Counted from the stretch's first letter, positions 9,481 through 20,116 are shown. The stretch: DNA of 54,821 bases from Collinsella sp. (GCA_048373195.1 DBGDZK010000183.1:1-54821); one strand, 5' to 3'. Notes: generated by a model not told the origin, from the sequence alone. Made by a program: numbers and translations.

Positions 9481-9825
9481 GGGGCCTCCTGCTGCTTTCG
9501 GGTGGTTAACAGATTAACCGAGATTGTAGCGCATGCGCGATGCCGTAATGGGTCGCTTCGAAGTCGTTTTGTCGCGCTCGGTCTGCACCTTGGATAAGAA
9601 GGAGTTCGTCGAGCACTCCGATCCGGAGCACACGCGCGCCAACATCCTGCTGTTCCAGCAGGGCATCATGATACAGCAGCTCAACTCCGAGAAGCTCGTG
9701 GTCGAGATCATGGTGAAGTTCTGCGGCCAGTAATTACTGCATCACATATTCTGTTGCCACCTGGGAGGCTCGCTTTTGCGGGCCTCTTTGCGTTGCTATG
9801 GAGCCCTGGTCTGTCGATAAACGAA

Positions 9826-9856
9826 GCGCCCGCTTGCTGGGGGAGCAAGCGGGCGC
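9826..9856 (-). terminator. Hairpin downstream of pknB
   Basis: GCGCCCGCTTGCT-GGGGG-AGCAAGCGGGCGC perfect 13-bp stem. Confidence 0.6.
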
Positions 9857-9908
9857 CTGTGAGCGAATATGTTTGCGGCGAGAGCCGTGATGAGCGGTGG
9901 GGTGGCGA

Positions 9909-11870
9909 CTAGTTGGTCGTACCGGAATCGTCACCCGTGCCCGAGCCAGAGCCCGAACCCGAGCCAGAAAGTGCGACCGTCAGCGTGATCGTGCTGTCGG
10001 TGGACTGCTTGCCGGTGGGGGAGACGCCCGTAACGGTGGCATCCTCGTTACCGCTCACGGGATTGCCGTTCTGGTCACAGAAGCCAATGTTATAGAAACC
10101 GGCGTTGTTGAGCGCGGTAACGGCGGCGGAAATGCTCTTGCCGTACAGGTTGCCCGGGACGGTGGCCTTGCCGGACTTCTTGGCAATGACGACGGTAATC
10201 GTGGCGCCGGGCTTCTGCTTACCGCTGGGGTTCCAGCTGATCACGGTGCCCTCGGTAACAGAGTCGTTCTCCTGGTAGCTCACGTCGACGCCAAAGCCTG
10301 CCATATCGAGGGCGTTGCGCGCCTGGGCCTCGGTCATGTCGGTCAGGTCGGGGACGGACGTGGTATCCGGGCCGCTCGAGACCTTGTACGAGATGGTCGT
10401 GCCCTTCGCGACTTCCTTACCGGCTTCGGTGCCCTGATCAAAGACCTGGCCCTCATCGGCCTCGTTGGCCTCCTCGGAGGCGTTGCCCTTCAGGCCAACG
10501 CTTGCCAGCGCGGCTTCTGCCTGGTCCTTGGTCAGGCCGACAAGCTGGGGAACCTCAACCTTCTCAGAGGGCTTGGGGCCCTTGGAGATTACCAGGTTCA
10601 CCTTAGTGCCCTTGGCCTTCTTGGTGTTGCCGTTGGGCGTCTGCTCGGCGACCTTGCCCTCGTCGACATCGTCGTTGTAGCTTTGGTCGATGGTGCCGAC
10701 CTCGAGGCCGGCTTCCTTGATCAGCTCGACGGCAGTCTGCTGGTCCTTGCCCAGCACATCGGGCACGGTGACCTGCTCGCCGCCAAAGAGTCCTGTGGCA
10801 AAGGCCACCACGATGCCGATGACGGCAACGGCTGCCACCACGGCGGCGATGATCTTGTTCTTGTTGGATTTGGGCTTTTCGACCTCGTAGGAGCCGGTGG
10901 AGCCCGAAACCGAGCTGCGGGCGGTATTTTGGCCGCTCACGCCCGAGACGGGACGCACCATGGCGCGCGTCTGATCGGAAAGCTCGCGAGTCTTGGTGGC
11001 GCCCAGCTCACCGGGGGCACCGATGATGCGCGTGGGCTCCGAGACGTTGACGGCACGGCCCGACAGGTAGCTGTTGAGCACCTGACGCAGCTCGTCGGCG
11101 GTCTGGAAGCGGTTTGCCGGGTCCTTCTCCATGCACTTGAGGATGATGCGCTCAAGGTCGGCGTCGACACCGGAGTTGATCTGGCTCGGCGGAATAGGCA
11201 GCTCGTTGACCTGCTTGAGTGCGACCGAGATAGCGTCGTCACCGTCAAAGGGGACGCGGCCGGTGGCGCACTCGTACATCACGACGCCCAGCGAGTAGAT
11301 ATCCGAGGTGGGGCCGAGGTCCTGACCACGGGTCTGCTCGGGGCTGACGTAGTGGGCGGTTCCCAGCACGTTGTTGTCTTGCGTGAGGTGGCTGTTCTTG
11401 GCGCGCGCGATGCCAAAGTCCATCACCTTGATGTTGCCGTCGGGCAGCACCATGATGTTCTGCGGCTTAATGTCGCGGTGGATGATCTCGTGCTTGTGGG
11501 CGACCGAAAGCGCGGAGCTGATCTGCGAGCCGATCTGGGCGACCTTCTTGGGGTCGAGGGCGCCGTGGCTCTTGATGCCGCTCTTAAGGTCGGTGCCGCG
11601 CAGGTACTCCATGACGATGTAATAGGTGTCGCCGTCCTTGCCCCAATCGTAGACGCCCACGATATAGGGGGAGGAGAGACCGGCTGCTGCCTGGGCCTCC
11701 TGCTTAAAGCGTGCGGCGAAGGTTGCGTCGCCAGCATACTGCGGCAGCATGATCTTGACGGCAACCGTGCGGTCGAGGACCTGGTCCTGTGCACGGTAGA
11801 CGGTCGCCATGCCGCCTGTTCCCACCTTATCCTTGAGGAGGTATCTTCCCCCGAGGACCCTCTGTTCCAT
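9909..11870 (-). CDS. pknB: PASTA-domain Ser/Thr kinase PknB/Stk1
   Basis: GTGGMATVY, VAVK, HRDIKPQN, DFGIAR, one TM helix and repeated VPD/VPQ PASTA units. Confidence 0.95.
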   Translation of the reverse strand: MEQRVLGGRYLLKDKVGTGGMATVYRAQDQVLDRTVAVKIMLPQYAGDATFAARFKQEAQAAAGLSSPYIVGVYDWGKDGDTYYIVMEYLRGTDLKSGIKSHGALDPKKVAQIGSQISSALSVAHKHEIIHRDIKPQNIMVLPDGNIKVMDFGIARAKNSHLTQDNNVLGTAHYVSPEQTRGQDLGPTSDIYSLGVVMYECATGRVPFDGDDAISVALKQVNELPIPPSQINSGVDADLERIILKCMEKDPANRFQTADELRQVLNSYLSGRAVNVSEPTRIIGAPGELGATKTRELSDQTRAMVRPVSGVSGQNTARSSVSGSTGSYEVEKPKSNKNKIIAAVVAAVAVIGIVVAFATGLFGGEQVTVPDVLGKDQQTAVELIKEAGLEVGTIDQSYNDDVDEGKVAEQTPNGNTKKAKGTKVNLVISKGPKPSEKVEVPQLVGLTKDQAEAALASVGLKGNASEEANEADEGQVFDQGTEAGKEVAKGTTISYKVSSGPDTTSVPDLTDMTEAQARNALDMAGFGVDVSYQENDSVTEGTVISWNPSGKQKPGATITVVIAKKSGKATVPGNLYGKSISAAVTALNNAGFYNIGFCDQNGNPVSGNEDATVTGVSPTGKQSTDSTITLTVALSGSGSGSGSGTGDDSGTTN

Positions 11871-12002
11871 TCCTGCTCCTAACATAACTATTCGCTCAAC
11901 GATGTGTGTAGTACCTACGATGTGGCCGCTGGGGCCGTGTGGCGCGTTGCCGCTAACTCTTCGGCCGCGGCGCGCCTCGGGTGTCCGATTCGATCATGGG
12001 CA

Positions 12003-14873
12003 TCACGCTCCCTGTGCGGCAAGCGCCGCGGTCAGGACGATACCGGCAATCTTGGCGGCCTTGACGTCATGCTTGTCGAAATCCTCCAAGGCCACCGAGA
12101 TGGCGACCGTGGGTGAATCGTAAGGTGCAAAGCCAACAAACATCGAGTTGACGTTGGTGCCGCCGATCTCGGCCGAGCCGGTCTTGCCGGCGACCTTGAC
12201 GCCGGGGATCTGGGCATCGGTGCCGGTGCCGGACTGGACGACGGCAAGCATGGCCTGCTTGACCTGGTCGGCCGTGGCGGAGCTGACGGCCTGACCAAGC
12301 GAGCGGGACTGCGTGGTCTTGACCACGGTTCCGTCCGGGGCGAGTACCTGGGCTACAAAGTACGGGTCCATGACCACGCCGCTGTTAGCGATGGCGGCGG
12401 CAATCACGGCGTTTTGCATGACGGTGGTCTGCGGGCCGGGCGTGTGGTCCATGCCGACAGGCTGGCCGGCGCCGGCCCAGGCGGTCTCCCACTCGGTCAT
12501 GAGCGACGGGTCGGCCATGATGGAGGCCGCGGAGGTCAGGTCCTGGCCGAGCTTTTGGCCGTAGCCAAAGGCGTTGGCAAACTGTACGAGCGTATTTGCG
12601 CCAACTTCGTTTGCCACCTGGCCAAAGACGACGTTGGAGGACACGGCAAAGGCCTGCTGCAGGCTGATGGTGCCGTAGCTCTCGTTGGCATAGTTGGTGA
12701 CCGGTGCGTTGCCGATGTCCATGGAGCTGGGCGCCTGGTAGGTGCTGGTAAGGCTGGCGGTGCCGGTCTCGAGTGCCGCGGAAAGCGTAACGACCTTAAA
12801 CGTTGAGCCCGGCGTGTACAGCGCGTCCATGGCGCGATTGTACATGGAGCCGTCCTCGCCGCCGCCCGTCTGCAGCAGGGCATCGATGTTGGTGTTGTCA
12901 TAGGTGGGCGAGCTGGCACATGCGAGCACCGCGCCGGTACGCGGGTCGATGACCACTACAGCGCCCTTAAAGCCCTTGAGTGCCTGCTCGGCCGCCGTCT
13001 GGATGCGCGAGTCGATGGTGAGCTTGGCGGTGTTGCCCGGCTGGGTCTGGCCCGCGAGCGACGCGATGGCGTTGTTCCAGCTGGAGTAGTCCTTAGAACC
13101 GGTGAGCGTGTCGTTCATGACGCTCTCGATGGCGGTGGTGCCATACTGCTGACTCACGTAGCCAACCACGTGCGCTGCCAGGTTACCGTTGGGGTAGGAG
13201 CGTACGTAGGTGCCGTCCTCCTGCTGCAGCGACTCGGCCAGCGTCACGCCGTCGGACGTGATGATGGAGCCGCGCTGGATGTACTTGGAGCGGGCGATGG
13301 TGTGGTTGTTGGTCGGCATGTCCTGATAGTCCTTGGCCTTGATGACCTGGACATAGGTGAGGTTGCCGATAAGGATGGCGAACAGCGCCGTAAAGGCGAG
13401 CACCGCGCGGGTTAGACGGTTGGCGAGCGCCACGCGGCCGAGCACACCGGATTCAGGCGTGTCGAGCAGGCGACGACGCATGCGCGAGCCGACGGAATGG
13501 CTGCCGCTGCCGTAGGAAGACGAGGTGGCAAAGCGCGTGCCCGTCGGGGCGGCGGCCGATGCGACCTGATCATCGGTGATGGCGGCCATGGTGCCGGTGC
13601 CGGTAAGCTCGGCCTCGCGTCCGGTCGCCTCGTCACCGGCGCGCAGCAGGAGCGCGACGATGATAAAGCTTGCCAGCAGCGAGGAGCCGCCCTGGCTCAT
13701 AAAGGGCAGAGTGACGCCGGTCAGCGGGATCAGGCGGGTGACGCCGCCCACGATCAAGAAGGCCTGGAAGCTGATGGCTGCCGTAAGACCGGTGGCGCTA
13801 AAGGCGGCGAGGTCGGATTTAGCGCGGGCAGCTGTGGTGAGGCCACGCACGGCAAAGAGCATAAACAGGATGAGCACGGCGCCGCCGCCCAAAAGGCCCA
13901 TCTCCTCGCCAATGGCCGAGAAGATAAAGTCGGACTCGACGACAGGGATGTTGTTGGCCATGCCGTTGCCGATGCCAACACCGACCAGGCCGCCATCGGC
14001 AAGCGAGAAGAGCGACTGGACGATCTGGTAGCCCTGGCCCTGGGCGTCCTTAAACGGATCGACCCAAACCTGGAAACGCACCTGAACGTGCGACAGGAAC
14101 TTGTAGGCGCCCACGGCTCCGACAGCTAAGAGCGCAAGGCCGATAACGACATACGAAAAGCGCCCCGTGGCAACGTAGAGCATCAGCAAGAAGATGGTGT
14201 AGAACAGCACGGCCGAACCCAGGTCGCGTTCGAAGACGACGACGAGCAGGCACACACCCCACACGGCAAACAGCGGCAGCAGCAGTCGCAGGCGAGGGAT
14301 CTTAAAGCCCAGAATCTTGCGGTTGGAGATGGAGAGCAGCTCGCGGTTCTCGGCCAGGTAGCCGGCCAGGAACAGGACGATAAAGACCTTGGCGAACTCG
14401 CCGGGCTGGATGGTAAAGCCCGCGATGCGAATCCACAGCTTGGAGCCCGAGATCGTGGTGCCGATAAAGATAGGCAGCATCAGCAGAATGATGCCGATGA
14501 TGCCAAAGGTGTACTTGTAGCGCATGACCACGTCGAGGTTTTTGACTAGTGCAAGCGTTCCCACCATGAGCGCCACCGAGACAAACAGGATGATGAGCTG
14601 TGAGATGGCGAGAGCGGGGGCGAGACGCGTCACGAACGTGATGCCGATGCCCGAAAGTATAAATACGATGGGCAGGATGGCGGGGTCGGCACCGGGCGCC
14701 AAGATGCGCACGGCAATGTGGGCCGCGGCAAAGGCGGCAAAGAGGCCGATCGGTACGGCGAGCGTCTCAAAGGAGATGGCAGCGCCCGCGGTGAGGACGT
14801 ACATCGCATACAGCAGGATGACGGGGAACGCCGAGGCGATGAGCAAGAGCAGCTCGGTGTTGCGGCGACTCAT
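12003..14873 (-). CDS. RodA/FtsW SEDS protein fused to a PbpA-type transpeptidase
   Basis: N-half has QPGEFAK, ESDFIF, TGVTLPFMSQGGSS; C-half has PGSTFK (SxxK), SSN and KTG; one open frame. Confidence 0.92.
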   Translation of the reverse strand: MSRRNTELLLLIASAFPVILLYAMYVLTAGAAISFETLAVPIGLFAAFAAAHIAVRILAPGADPAILPIVFILSGIGITFVTRLAPALAISQLIILFVSVALMVGTLALVKNLDVVMRYKYTFGIIGIILLMLPIFIGTTISGSKLWIRIAGFTIQPGEFAKVFIVLFLAGYLAENRELLSISNRKILGFKIPRLRLLLPLFAVWGVCLLVVVFERDLGSAVLFYTIFLLMLYVATGRFSYVVIGLALLAVGAVGAYKFLSHVQVRFQVWVDPFKDAQGQGYQIVQSLFSLADGGLVGVGIGNGMANNIPVVESDFIFSAIGEEMGLLGGGAVLILFMLFAVRGLTTAARAKSDLAAFSATGLTAAISFQAFLIVGGVTRLIPLTGVTLPFMSQGGSSLLASFIIVALLLRAGDEATGREAELTGTGTMAAITDDQVASAAAPTGTRFATSSSYGSGSHSVGSRMRRRLLDTPESGVLGRVALANRLTRAVLAFTALFAILIGNLTYVQVIKAKDYQDMPTNNHTIARSKYIQRGSIITSDGVTLAESLQQEDGTYVRSYPNGNLAAHVVGYVSQQYGTTAIESVMNDTLTGSKDYSSWNNAIASLAGQTQPGNTAKLTIDSRIQTAAEQALKGFKGAVVVIDPRTGAVLACASSPTYDNTNIDALLQTGGGEDGSMYNRAMDALYTPGSTFKVVTLSAALETGTASLTSTYQAPSSMDIGNAPVTNYANESYGTISLQQAFAVSSNVVFGQVANEVGANTLVQFANAFGYGQKLGQDLTSAASIMADPSLMTEWETAWAGAGQPVGMDHTPGPQTTVMQNAVIAAAIANSGVVMDPYFVAQVLAPDGTVVKTTQSRSLGQAVSSATADQVKQAMLAVVQSGTGTDAQIPGVKVAGKTGSAEIGGTNVNSMFVGFAPYDSPTVAISVALEDFDKHDVKAAKIAGIVLTAALAAQGA

Positions 14874-14889
14874 AAGCGGCACTCCCTTT

Positions 14890-16689
14890 CTAATTCTTAT
14901 CGGAGGCTTCGGCCTCGGCGGACTGTTCGGCGGTTTTCTCGGAATCTGATTCGGAGGTCGATCCCTGATTGGTGTTGTCGCGAATCGTTTGCGCGTCGAT
15001 CACCTGGCGGGTCTGCTCTTCGTCGATCTGGTGGCGGTACTTGGATATCGTGTCCTGCGCATCGTCGACACTTGTTTGCGGAATGCCCGCCTTGAGGCGG
15101 TTTTGCGTGTCTTCGGGCAGGTCGGACAGCTTGATGCTGGTTTCGCTTTCGAGCCAGTGGAGCTTGAGTCCGAGTGGCTTGCCGGGCAGGCCGCGCCAGA
15201 CGGCGACATTGCCCTGGTAGGTACCCAGGTAGTACGAGCCGGTGACACCCGTGTAGGCCCAGATGCCAGCTGCTAGCACAAAGACGAGGGCCAGGATGGC
15301 GGCGATAGTAACATTGCGGCGACGCACGCGTTGCGCCTCGCGCATAACGCCATCGTCAACCAGGTCAACGACTACTACGGTTACGTTGTCGTGGCCGCCG
15401 GCGGCAAGCGCCGCGTCCACTAGGTTGTCGACGCAGATTTGCGCGGTTGAGGACTGCGTGGCGATGTTCTCGATATCGCTATCGGGAATCATGCTCGAGA
15501 GGCCGTCGGAGCACAGGATCAGGCGGTCGCCTTCCTCGATATGCAGAGTGAAGTGGTCGGCATACATGGCGGGGTCCGAGCCCAGCGCGCGGGTGATGAC
15601 CGAACGGTTGGGGTGGACGCGAGCCTCGTCTGCCGTGATCTCGCCGGCGTCCACGAGCTCCTCCACGTAGGAGTGGTCGCGGGTCACGCGGATGAGCGTG
15701 CCCTCGTGGAGCAGATAGGCGCGAGAGTCGCCCACGTGGGCGATGGCGAGCGTGTCGTTTTCGATGTAGGCGCAGGTGGCTGTGCAGCCCATGCCGGGCT
15801 TGCCCAGGCCGTTCAGGGCCGCCTCGATTACGGCGGCGTTGGCTGCCTCGACGGATGCGGCCAGGCGTGCTGCGTCGGCGGACTGTGGGGCCGTCTTGGC
15901 TATAGTCTCGACGGCGATAGAAGAGGCTACCTCGCCGGCGGCGTGACCACCCATGCCGTCGCATACGCAAAAGAGCGGCGACTGCACCAGGTAGGAATCC
16001 TCATTGTGCGGGCGCACACAGCCAACGTCGGAGCGGGCGCCCCACATGAGTTGCGTGGTGGTGCCGGCATCATAGGTCGAGTCGGTCTCGATGCGCTCCT
16101 CGGTTAGGGGTTCAAAGCTCATGGTCGAGCCGGGGCCTTTGAGCTTGGCCTCAACGGCGGCAACGTCGATTTCAGCTGTGTCACCGGGAGAGACGGTGTC
16201 GGTCACGGCGTTTGATTCGGAATCGCCGGTGTCCGGGGAGTCGGGCTCCTCGGAAACGCGGGCGGTCGACTCGTCGTCTTGCGGGCTGACGTCTATAGGC
16301 TCGGGCGCCGGCGTAGACGCGGGCGCAACCTCGGATGCCGGGGCTATGGGAAACGCCGGCGCGGCGGGCTCGGGTGTCGCAAACACCGCAGCGCTCTCGT
16401 TGATTGCCGCGGCGACGGGCTCTGCAAAGTGAGCCGGCGCCGGGGTTGCTTCGGGCGCTGTGGGCTGTTCCGCAGCATGTGCGCCGATGGGCGCCGCTAC
16501 GGCATCCTCTTCGTCCTCGTTATCGGCGAGATCCGAAATATCATGCGTTACATGCGAAAGAGGCAGGGAGAACACGGTGTCCTCGGGCTCCACGGGTGTG
16601 GAGTCTGCCGGAGCGGCGTGGGCCGGTGCAGCTACGGCGGCAGCCGGTGCCTCGGTCATGGTTGCGGACTTGTTCTCCTCGTCGATCAT
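14890..16689 (-). CDS. PP2C-type Ser/Thr phosphatase (PstP/Stp1) with long acidic N-terminal extension
   Basis: RPHNED, CDGMGGH, HVGDSRAY, LCSDGL, GGHDN and a TM helix. Confidence 0.93.
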   Translation of the reverse strand: MIDEENKSATMTEAPAAAVAAPAHAAPADSTPVEPEDTVFSLPLSHVTHDISDLADNEDEEDAVAAPIGAHAAEQPTAPEATPAPAHFAEPVAAAINESAAVFATPEPAAPAFPIAPASEVAPASTPAPEPIDVSPQDDESTARVSEEPDSPDTGDSESNAVTDTVSPGDTAEIDVAAVEAKLKGPGSTMSFEPLTEERIETDSTYDAGTTTQLMWGARSDVGCVRPHNEDSYLVQSPLFCVCDGMGGHAAGEVASSIAVETIAKTAPQSADAARLAASVEAANAAVIEAALNGLGKPGMGCTATCAYIENDTLAIAHVGDSRAYLLHEGTLIRVTRDHSYVEELVDAGEITADEARVHPNRSVITRALGSDPAMYADHFTLHIEEGDRLILCSDGLSSMIPDSDIENIATQSSTAQICVDNLVDAALAAGGHDNVTVVVVDLVDDGVMREAQRVRRRNVTIAAILALVFVLAAGIWAYTGVTGSYYLGTYQGNVAVWRGLPGKPLGLKLHWLESETSIKLSDLPEDTQNRLKAGIPQTSVDDAQDTISKYRHQIDEEQTRQVIDAQTIRDNTNQGSTSESDSEKTAEQSAEAEASDKN

Positions 16690-17102
16690 CGACGGTTCAC
16701 CTTCATGACCACGTCGCCAATCTGGACTTCGTCGCCCTCACGCAGCGTCGCGGGCTCCACGAGCTGGCGGCCGTTGACGAGCGTGCCGTTAAGCGAGTTG
16801 AGGTCCTCGATGATGAGCGCCGGGCCCTGCAGCGAAAAGCGCGCATGCGAGGCCGAGACAAACGGCTCGTTGATGCAGATGTCCGAAGATGGCGAGCGGC
16901 CGACGATGACGGGGCCGAGCATGTCTACGTGGATGCCGCGGATGCCGCGCGGACCCTTGTCCACATCAATCGTCCAGATAGCCGAGTCACGGCGCTGCCC
17001 GCGCACGAGTCCCACGCCGGTCTTCATGACGGCGAACAGGAAGATATAGAGCAGGGCGACCAGGACGATGCGGCCTGCAAAAAGGACGATATCGATGTTC
17101 AT
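16686..17102 (-). CDS. FHA domain membrane protein (FhaB-like)
   Basis: N-terminal TM; VGRS, SASHA, DLNSLNGT. Confidence 0.9.
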   Translation of the reverse strand: MNIDIVLFAGRIVLVALLYIFLFAVMKTGVGLVRGQRRDSAIWTIDVDKGPRGIRGIHVDMLGPVIVGRSPSSDICINEPFVSASHARFSLQGPALIIEDLNSLNGTLVNGRQLVEPATLREGDEVQIGDVVMKVNRR

Positions 17103-17108
17103 AAGCGA

Positions 17109-18122
17109 CTATCCCCTAAATTCAAAGGTGCTCAGGCCAAACGTCAGCAAATCGCCGTTGCGCAGCGGGCAGCGCGTAATGCGGCGGTTGTTGACGAGCG
17201 TGCCGTTGGTGGAATTGAGGTCCTCGATCGACCAATCCGAGCCCGTAAAGGTGAGCTGGGCGTGGCGGCGCGACACGTTGGGGTCGCGCAGGGCAATGTC
17301 GGAAACCGAGCGCTCGCGACCGATGGTCACCTGTGCGGAGGTGATGCTATGGCTCTCGCCGCTCACGACGTCGACGAGCTGGGCGAGCGGGCGCTGCGGG
17401 GCGCGAGTGCTCGCCATGTTGGAGGCGATGCCGGCTGCGGCACCTAGGCCCACGGCGGCACCGGTCGCGGCGGCTCCGCCCATGCCGGCAAGCGCGTCGC
17501 GCGAGACGGTCTGCGGCACCGGGATGGGTGCGGCGGCGGGGTCGGGGACGCTAGGCGCGAAGGGGTCTGCCACGGCAAGCGGGTCGGGAGCGGCGGCGCG
17601 AGGCGTCGGCTGCTGCTGGGGCATGGCGGCGGGGCGCTGCTGCTGCGGGGCGGCAAACTGCTGCTGGCCGGCGCGCGGGGCGCTGGCGGCACGGCTTGCC
17701 GCGGAGTTGTTCTGGCCCAGGCCGTTCTGATAGGCGCGCTCTTCTTCGTACAGGCGGCCGAGCGTGGGGGCATCGACGTTCTCGGCAAAGACCGAGAACT
17801 TGCCGGCGCGCAGCTGCGGATCGATCATAAAGCGCACGAGGGGCTCGCCGACAAAGACATAGCGGCGCTTTTCGGCCTGCGCCTTCACGAACTCGCGGAC
17901 CTCGCGCGAAAGCTCGGGGTAGAACGGGGCGAGCATGGGATCGTCGTCGGCGGCGATAAGGATGGTATAGAGTGCCGGCGCCGTGTTGACGCCGTTGATC
18001 ACCAGAGTCTGATCCTCCATGTCGCGAGCGGCCTGCTTGGCAAGCTTCTTAAAGGAGAACGGGGCACGGGTGGCACCGAAGATGCCGGCCACGTGGTCCT
18101 CGAAGATGTTCAGGAAGTTCAC
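17109..18122 (-). CDS. FhaA-like protein (DUF3662 plus FHA)
   Basis: C-terminal IGR, SRRHA, DLNSTNGT; Pro/Ala/Gln linker; operon position. Confidence 0.88.
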   Translation of the reverse strand: MNFLNIFEDHVAGIFGATRAPFSFKKLAKQAARDMEDQTLVINGVNTAPALYTILIAADDDPMLAPFYPELSREVREFVKAQAEKRRYVFVGEPLVRFMIDPQLRAGKFSVFAENVDAPTLGRLYEEERAYQNGLGQNNSAASRAASAPRAGQQQFAAPQQQRPAAMPQQQPTPRAAAPDPLAVADPFAPSVPDPAAAPIPVPQTVSRDALAGMGGAAATGAAVGLGAAAGIASNMASTRAPQRPLAQLVDVVSGESHSITSAQVTIGRERSVSDIALRDPNVSRRHAQLTFTGSDWSIEDLNSTNGTLVNNRRITRCPLRNGDLLTFGLSTFEFRG

Positions 18123-19972
18123 GAAAGATCACTCTCCGTATAGGTTCTTTGGTATCCGAGCAAATATAGGCATATCCCAACGATTATAGAGGATAGGATT
18201 CCCGCAACCGCCGCCTTGGCGATGACCGCGGCTGCAAGGCTGGCAATTTCCATATGGTGTGCAAGACAGGGCGCCGCTGCGCAGCCGATGCCGGTGACAG
18301 CGATGGCGGCGATTGCGGCAAGGTTTGAGCCCTGATCGGCACGCTTGGCATGGACATTGAGCAGCGCAGATGACGCCGCGGCAGTTGCCGCGACCAGCAC
18401 AAAGGCAGCCCAAAGGAGCGGGTCTCCCAGCGCTGCAGCAACGTTACCGAGCCCCAGCACGCCTCCGGCTGAAAGCGCGACCGTGGCCAGACGGGCAAAA
18501 AGCGCGCCCATGCCCGTTGCCGCGGCGGCGCTTGCCGGGCCGAGCCAAAATGACGCGACGCCGGCGGCGACCCCAGCTGCTAGGAAGGTATTGCCGGTCA
18601 GACAGCCAAGCGCGAGTGCACAGGTGAGTGCGGCGCTCGCGGCAGCCTCGGTGCGACCCCAGGCGATCCACCAACCGGACATGGCGGCGGCAAAGATCAC
18701 CGCGACGGGCAACATCGACAGGATGCCCTGCGCCTGCATGGTGGCGTTGGCCATGAGCACCAAAAAGCCCACAGCCGAGATGGCCGAGCCAATCTGGGGG
18801 GCCAGGCCAGCCGCCGCTCCGATTGCGATAGCCGCAATGACCAGGCCGGGAAGCGCCGCGACCCCGGCCGTTTGCATCAGCAAAAAGCTAAAGGTGCCGC
18901 ACGTTAGCGCCGAGATAATGCGCATGGTGTAGTCGCGCGCATGGCTCCAGCGCGTGCCCGCCCAGCCGAGTGCGGGGTCGACCTCGATGGCGTCGTCCTC
19001 GTAGTGCGACGGCTCGATACCGTCGAGCTCCTGCTCGTCATCCGAAAGCTCGCCAACCATTTGCTCCAGGCTGCGACGGCCCTCGCGCACGCTGCCCAGA
19101 CCGGCAAGGAGCTGGTCGCAAAATGCCTCGATGCTGTTGGGGCGGTCCTGCGGCATGGGGGAGAGCGCGCTCATGAGCGCGGCCTCGGCTCCCGGGGGAA
19201 AGTGTGGTATCAGCTCGCTGGGATAGGTGGCGCCGCCGATGATGCGGTCGAGCGAGTCGGCGGGCGTGGCCGCCATAAAGGGAGCGCTGCCGCACAGGCC
19301 CTCATAGATTACACAGGCGAGGGCAAAGACATCGGCGCGCTCATCGACCGTGCCGGTCTCGATATCGAGCTGCTCGGGCGGCATGTAGCCGATGGTGCCG
19401 CCGCGCGAGCAGCCAAAGCCACCGGCGGACGACAGTCGCGCCATGCCAAAGTCGGTGAGCTTTACATTGCCCGAGTGGTCGATGAGCACGTTGGCGGGCT
19501 TAATGTCCAGGTGGAGTACGCCATTGCTATGGGCGAAGGTGAGCGCCTGGCCCAGGGCATCGGCAATGGCCGCGGCCTCGCCAAAGGTAAGTGAGTGGCC
19601 GTCCACGCGGTGCAAAAACTCGGCAAGCGACATGCCATCGACATACTCCATAACCAGGTAGGCATAGGCTGTGTCGTGCGTAAAGTCGATGACCTGCACG
19701 ATGTTGGGATGTTGAAGCATGGCGGCAGTGTGCGCCTCGCGCAGGACATCCATGATGTCGCTGGCGGGCATGCCGGCACCGTTGATAAGGGGGATGCGCT
19801 TAATGGCGACGCGGCGGCGCAGGTGCGTGTCGCGGCAGATCTCGATGGAGCCAAAACCGCCGGTCGCAAGTGTCTCGAGCGGCTGGTACCGCTTGAGCAG
19901 CTCGCGAGAGCTGGTGCCCTCCAAAGGAACGTCCGGCGAGAACCGGGCGGTATGTTGCGAGAAAAGCGGCAT
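18119..19972 (-). CDS. Ser/Thr protein kinase with multi-TM C-terminus
   Basis: GGFGSI, VAIK, HLDIKPAN, DFG, GTIGYMPPE. Confidence 0.9.
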   Translation of the reverse strand: MPLFSQHTARFSPDVPLEGTSSRELLKRYQPLETLATGGFGSIEICRDTHLRRRVAIKRIPLINGAGMPASDIMDVLREAHTAAMLQHPNIVQVIDFTHDTAYAYLVMEYVDGMSLAEFLHRVDGHSLTFGEAAAIADALGQALTFAHSNGVLHLDIKPANVLIDHSGNVKLTDFGMARLSSAGGFGCSRGGTIGYMPPEQLDIETGTVDERADVFALACVIYEGLCGSAPFMAATPADSLDRIIGGATYPSELIPHFPPGAEAALMSALSPMPQDRPNSIEAFCDQLLAGLGSVREGRRSLEQMVGELSDDEQELDGIEPSHYEDDAIEVDPALGWAGTRWSHARDYTMRIISALTCGTFSFLLMQTAGVAALPGLVIAAIAIGAAAGLAPQIGSAISAVGFLVLMANATMQAQGILSMLPVAVIFAAAMSGWWIAWGRTEAAASAALTCALALGCLTGNTFLAAGVAAGVASFWLGPASAAAATGMGALFARLATVALSAGGVLGLGNVAAALGDPLLWAAFVLVAATAAASSALLNVHAKRADQGSNLAAIAAIAVTGIGCAAAPCLAHHMEIASLAAAVIAKAAVAGILSSIIVGICLYLLGYQRTYTESDLS

Positions 19973-20116
19973 GGCCAACCCTCGTGCGTTTAAAGTTCGT
20001 TTGCGAGTGGCGGGCGCGGAGCCGAGCCGTTCGCGGTGGCATAGATGCTGCTAGTGTAGCACGCTCGGGTGCATGGGGAGGATAGCGGGATGCGAGGCTG
20101 CCTGTCTGGCTTGGCC

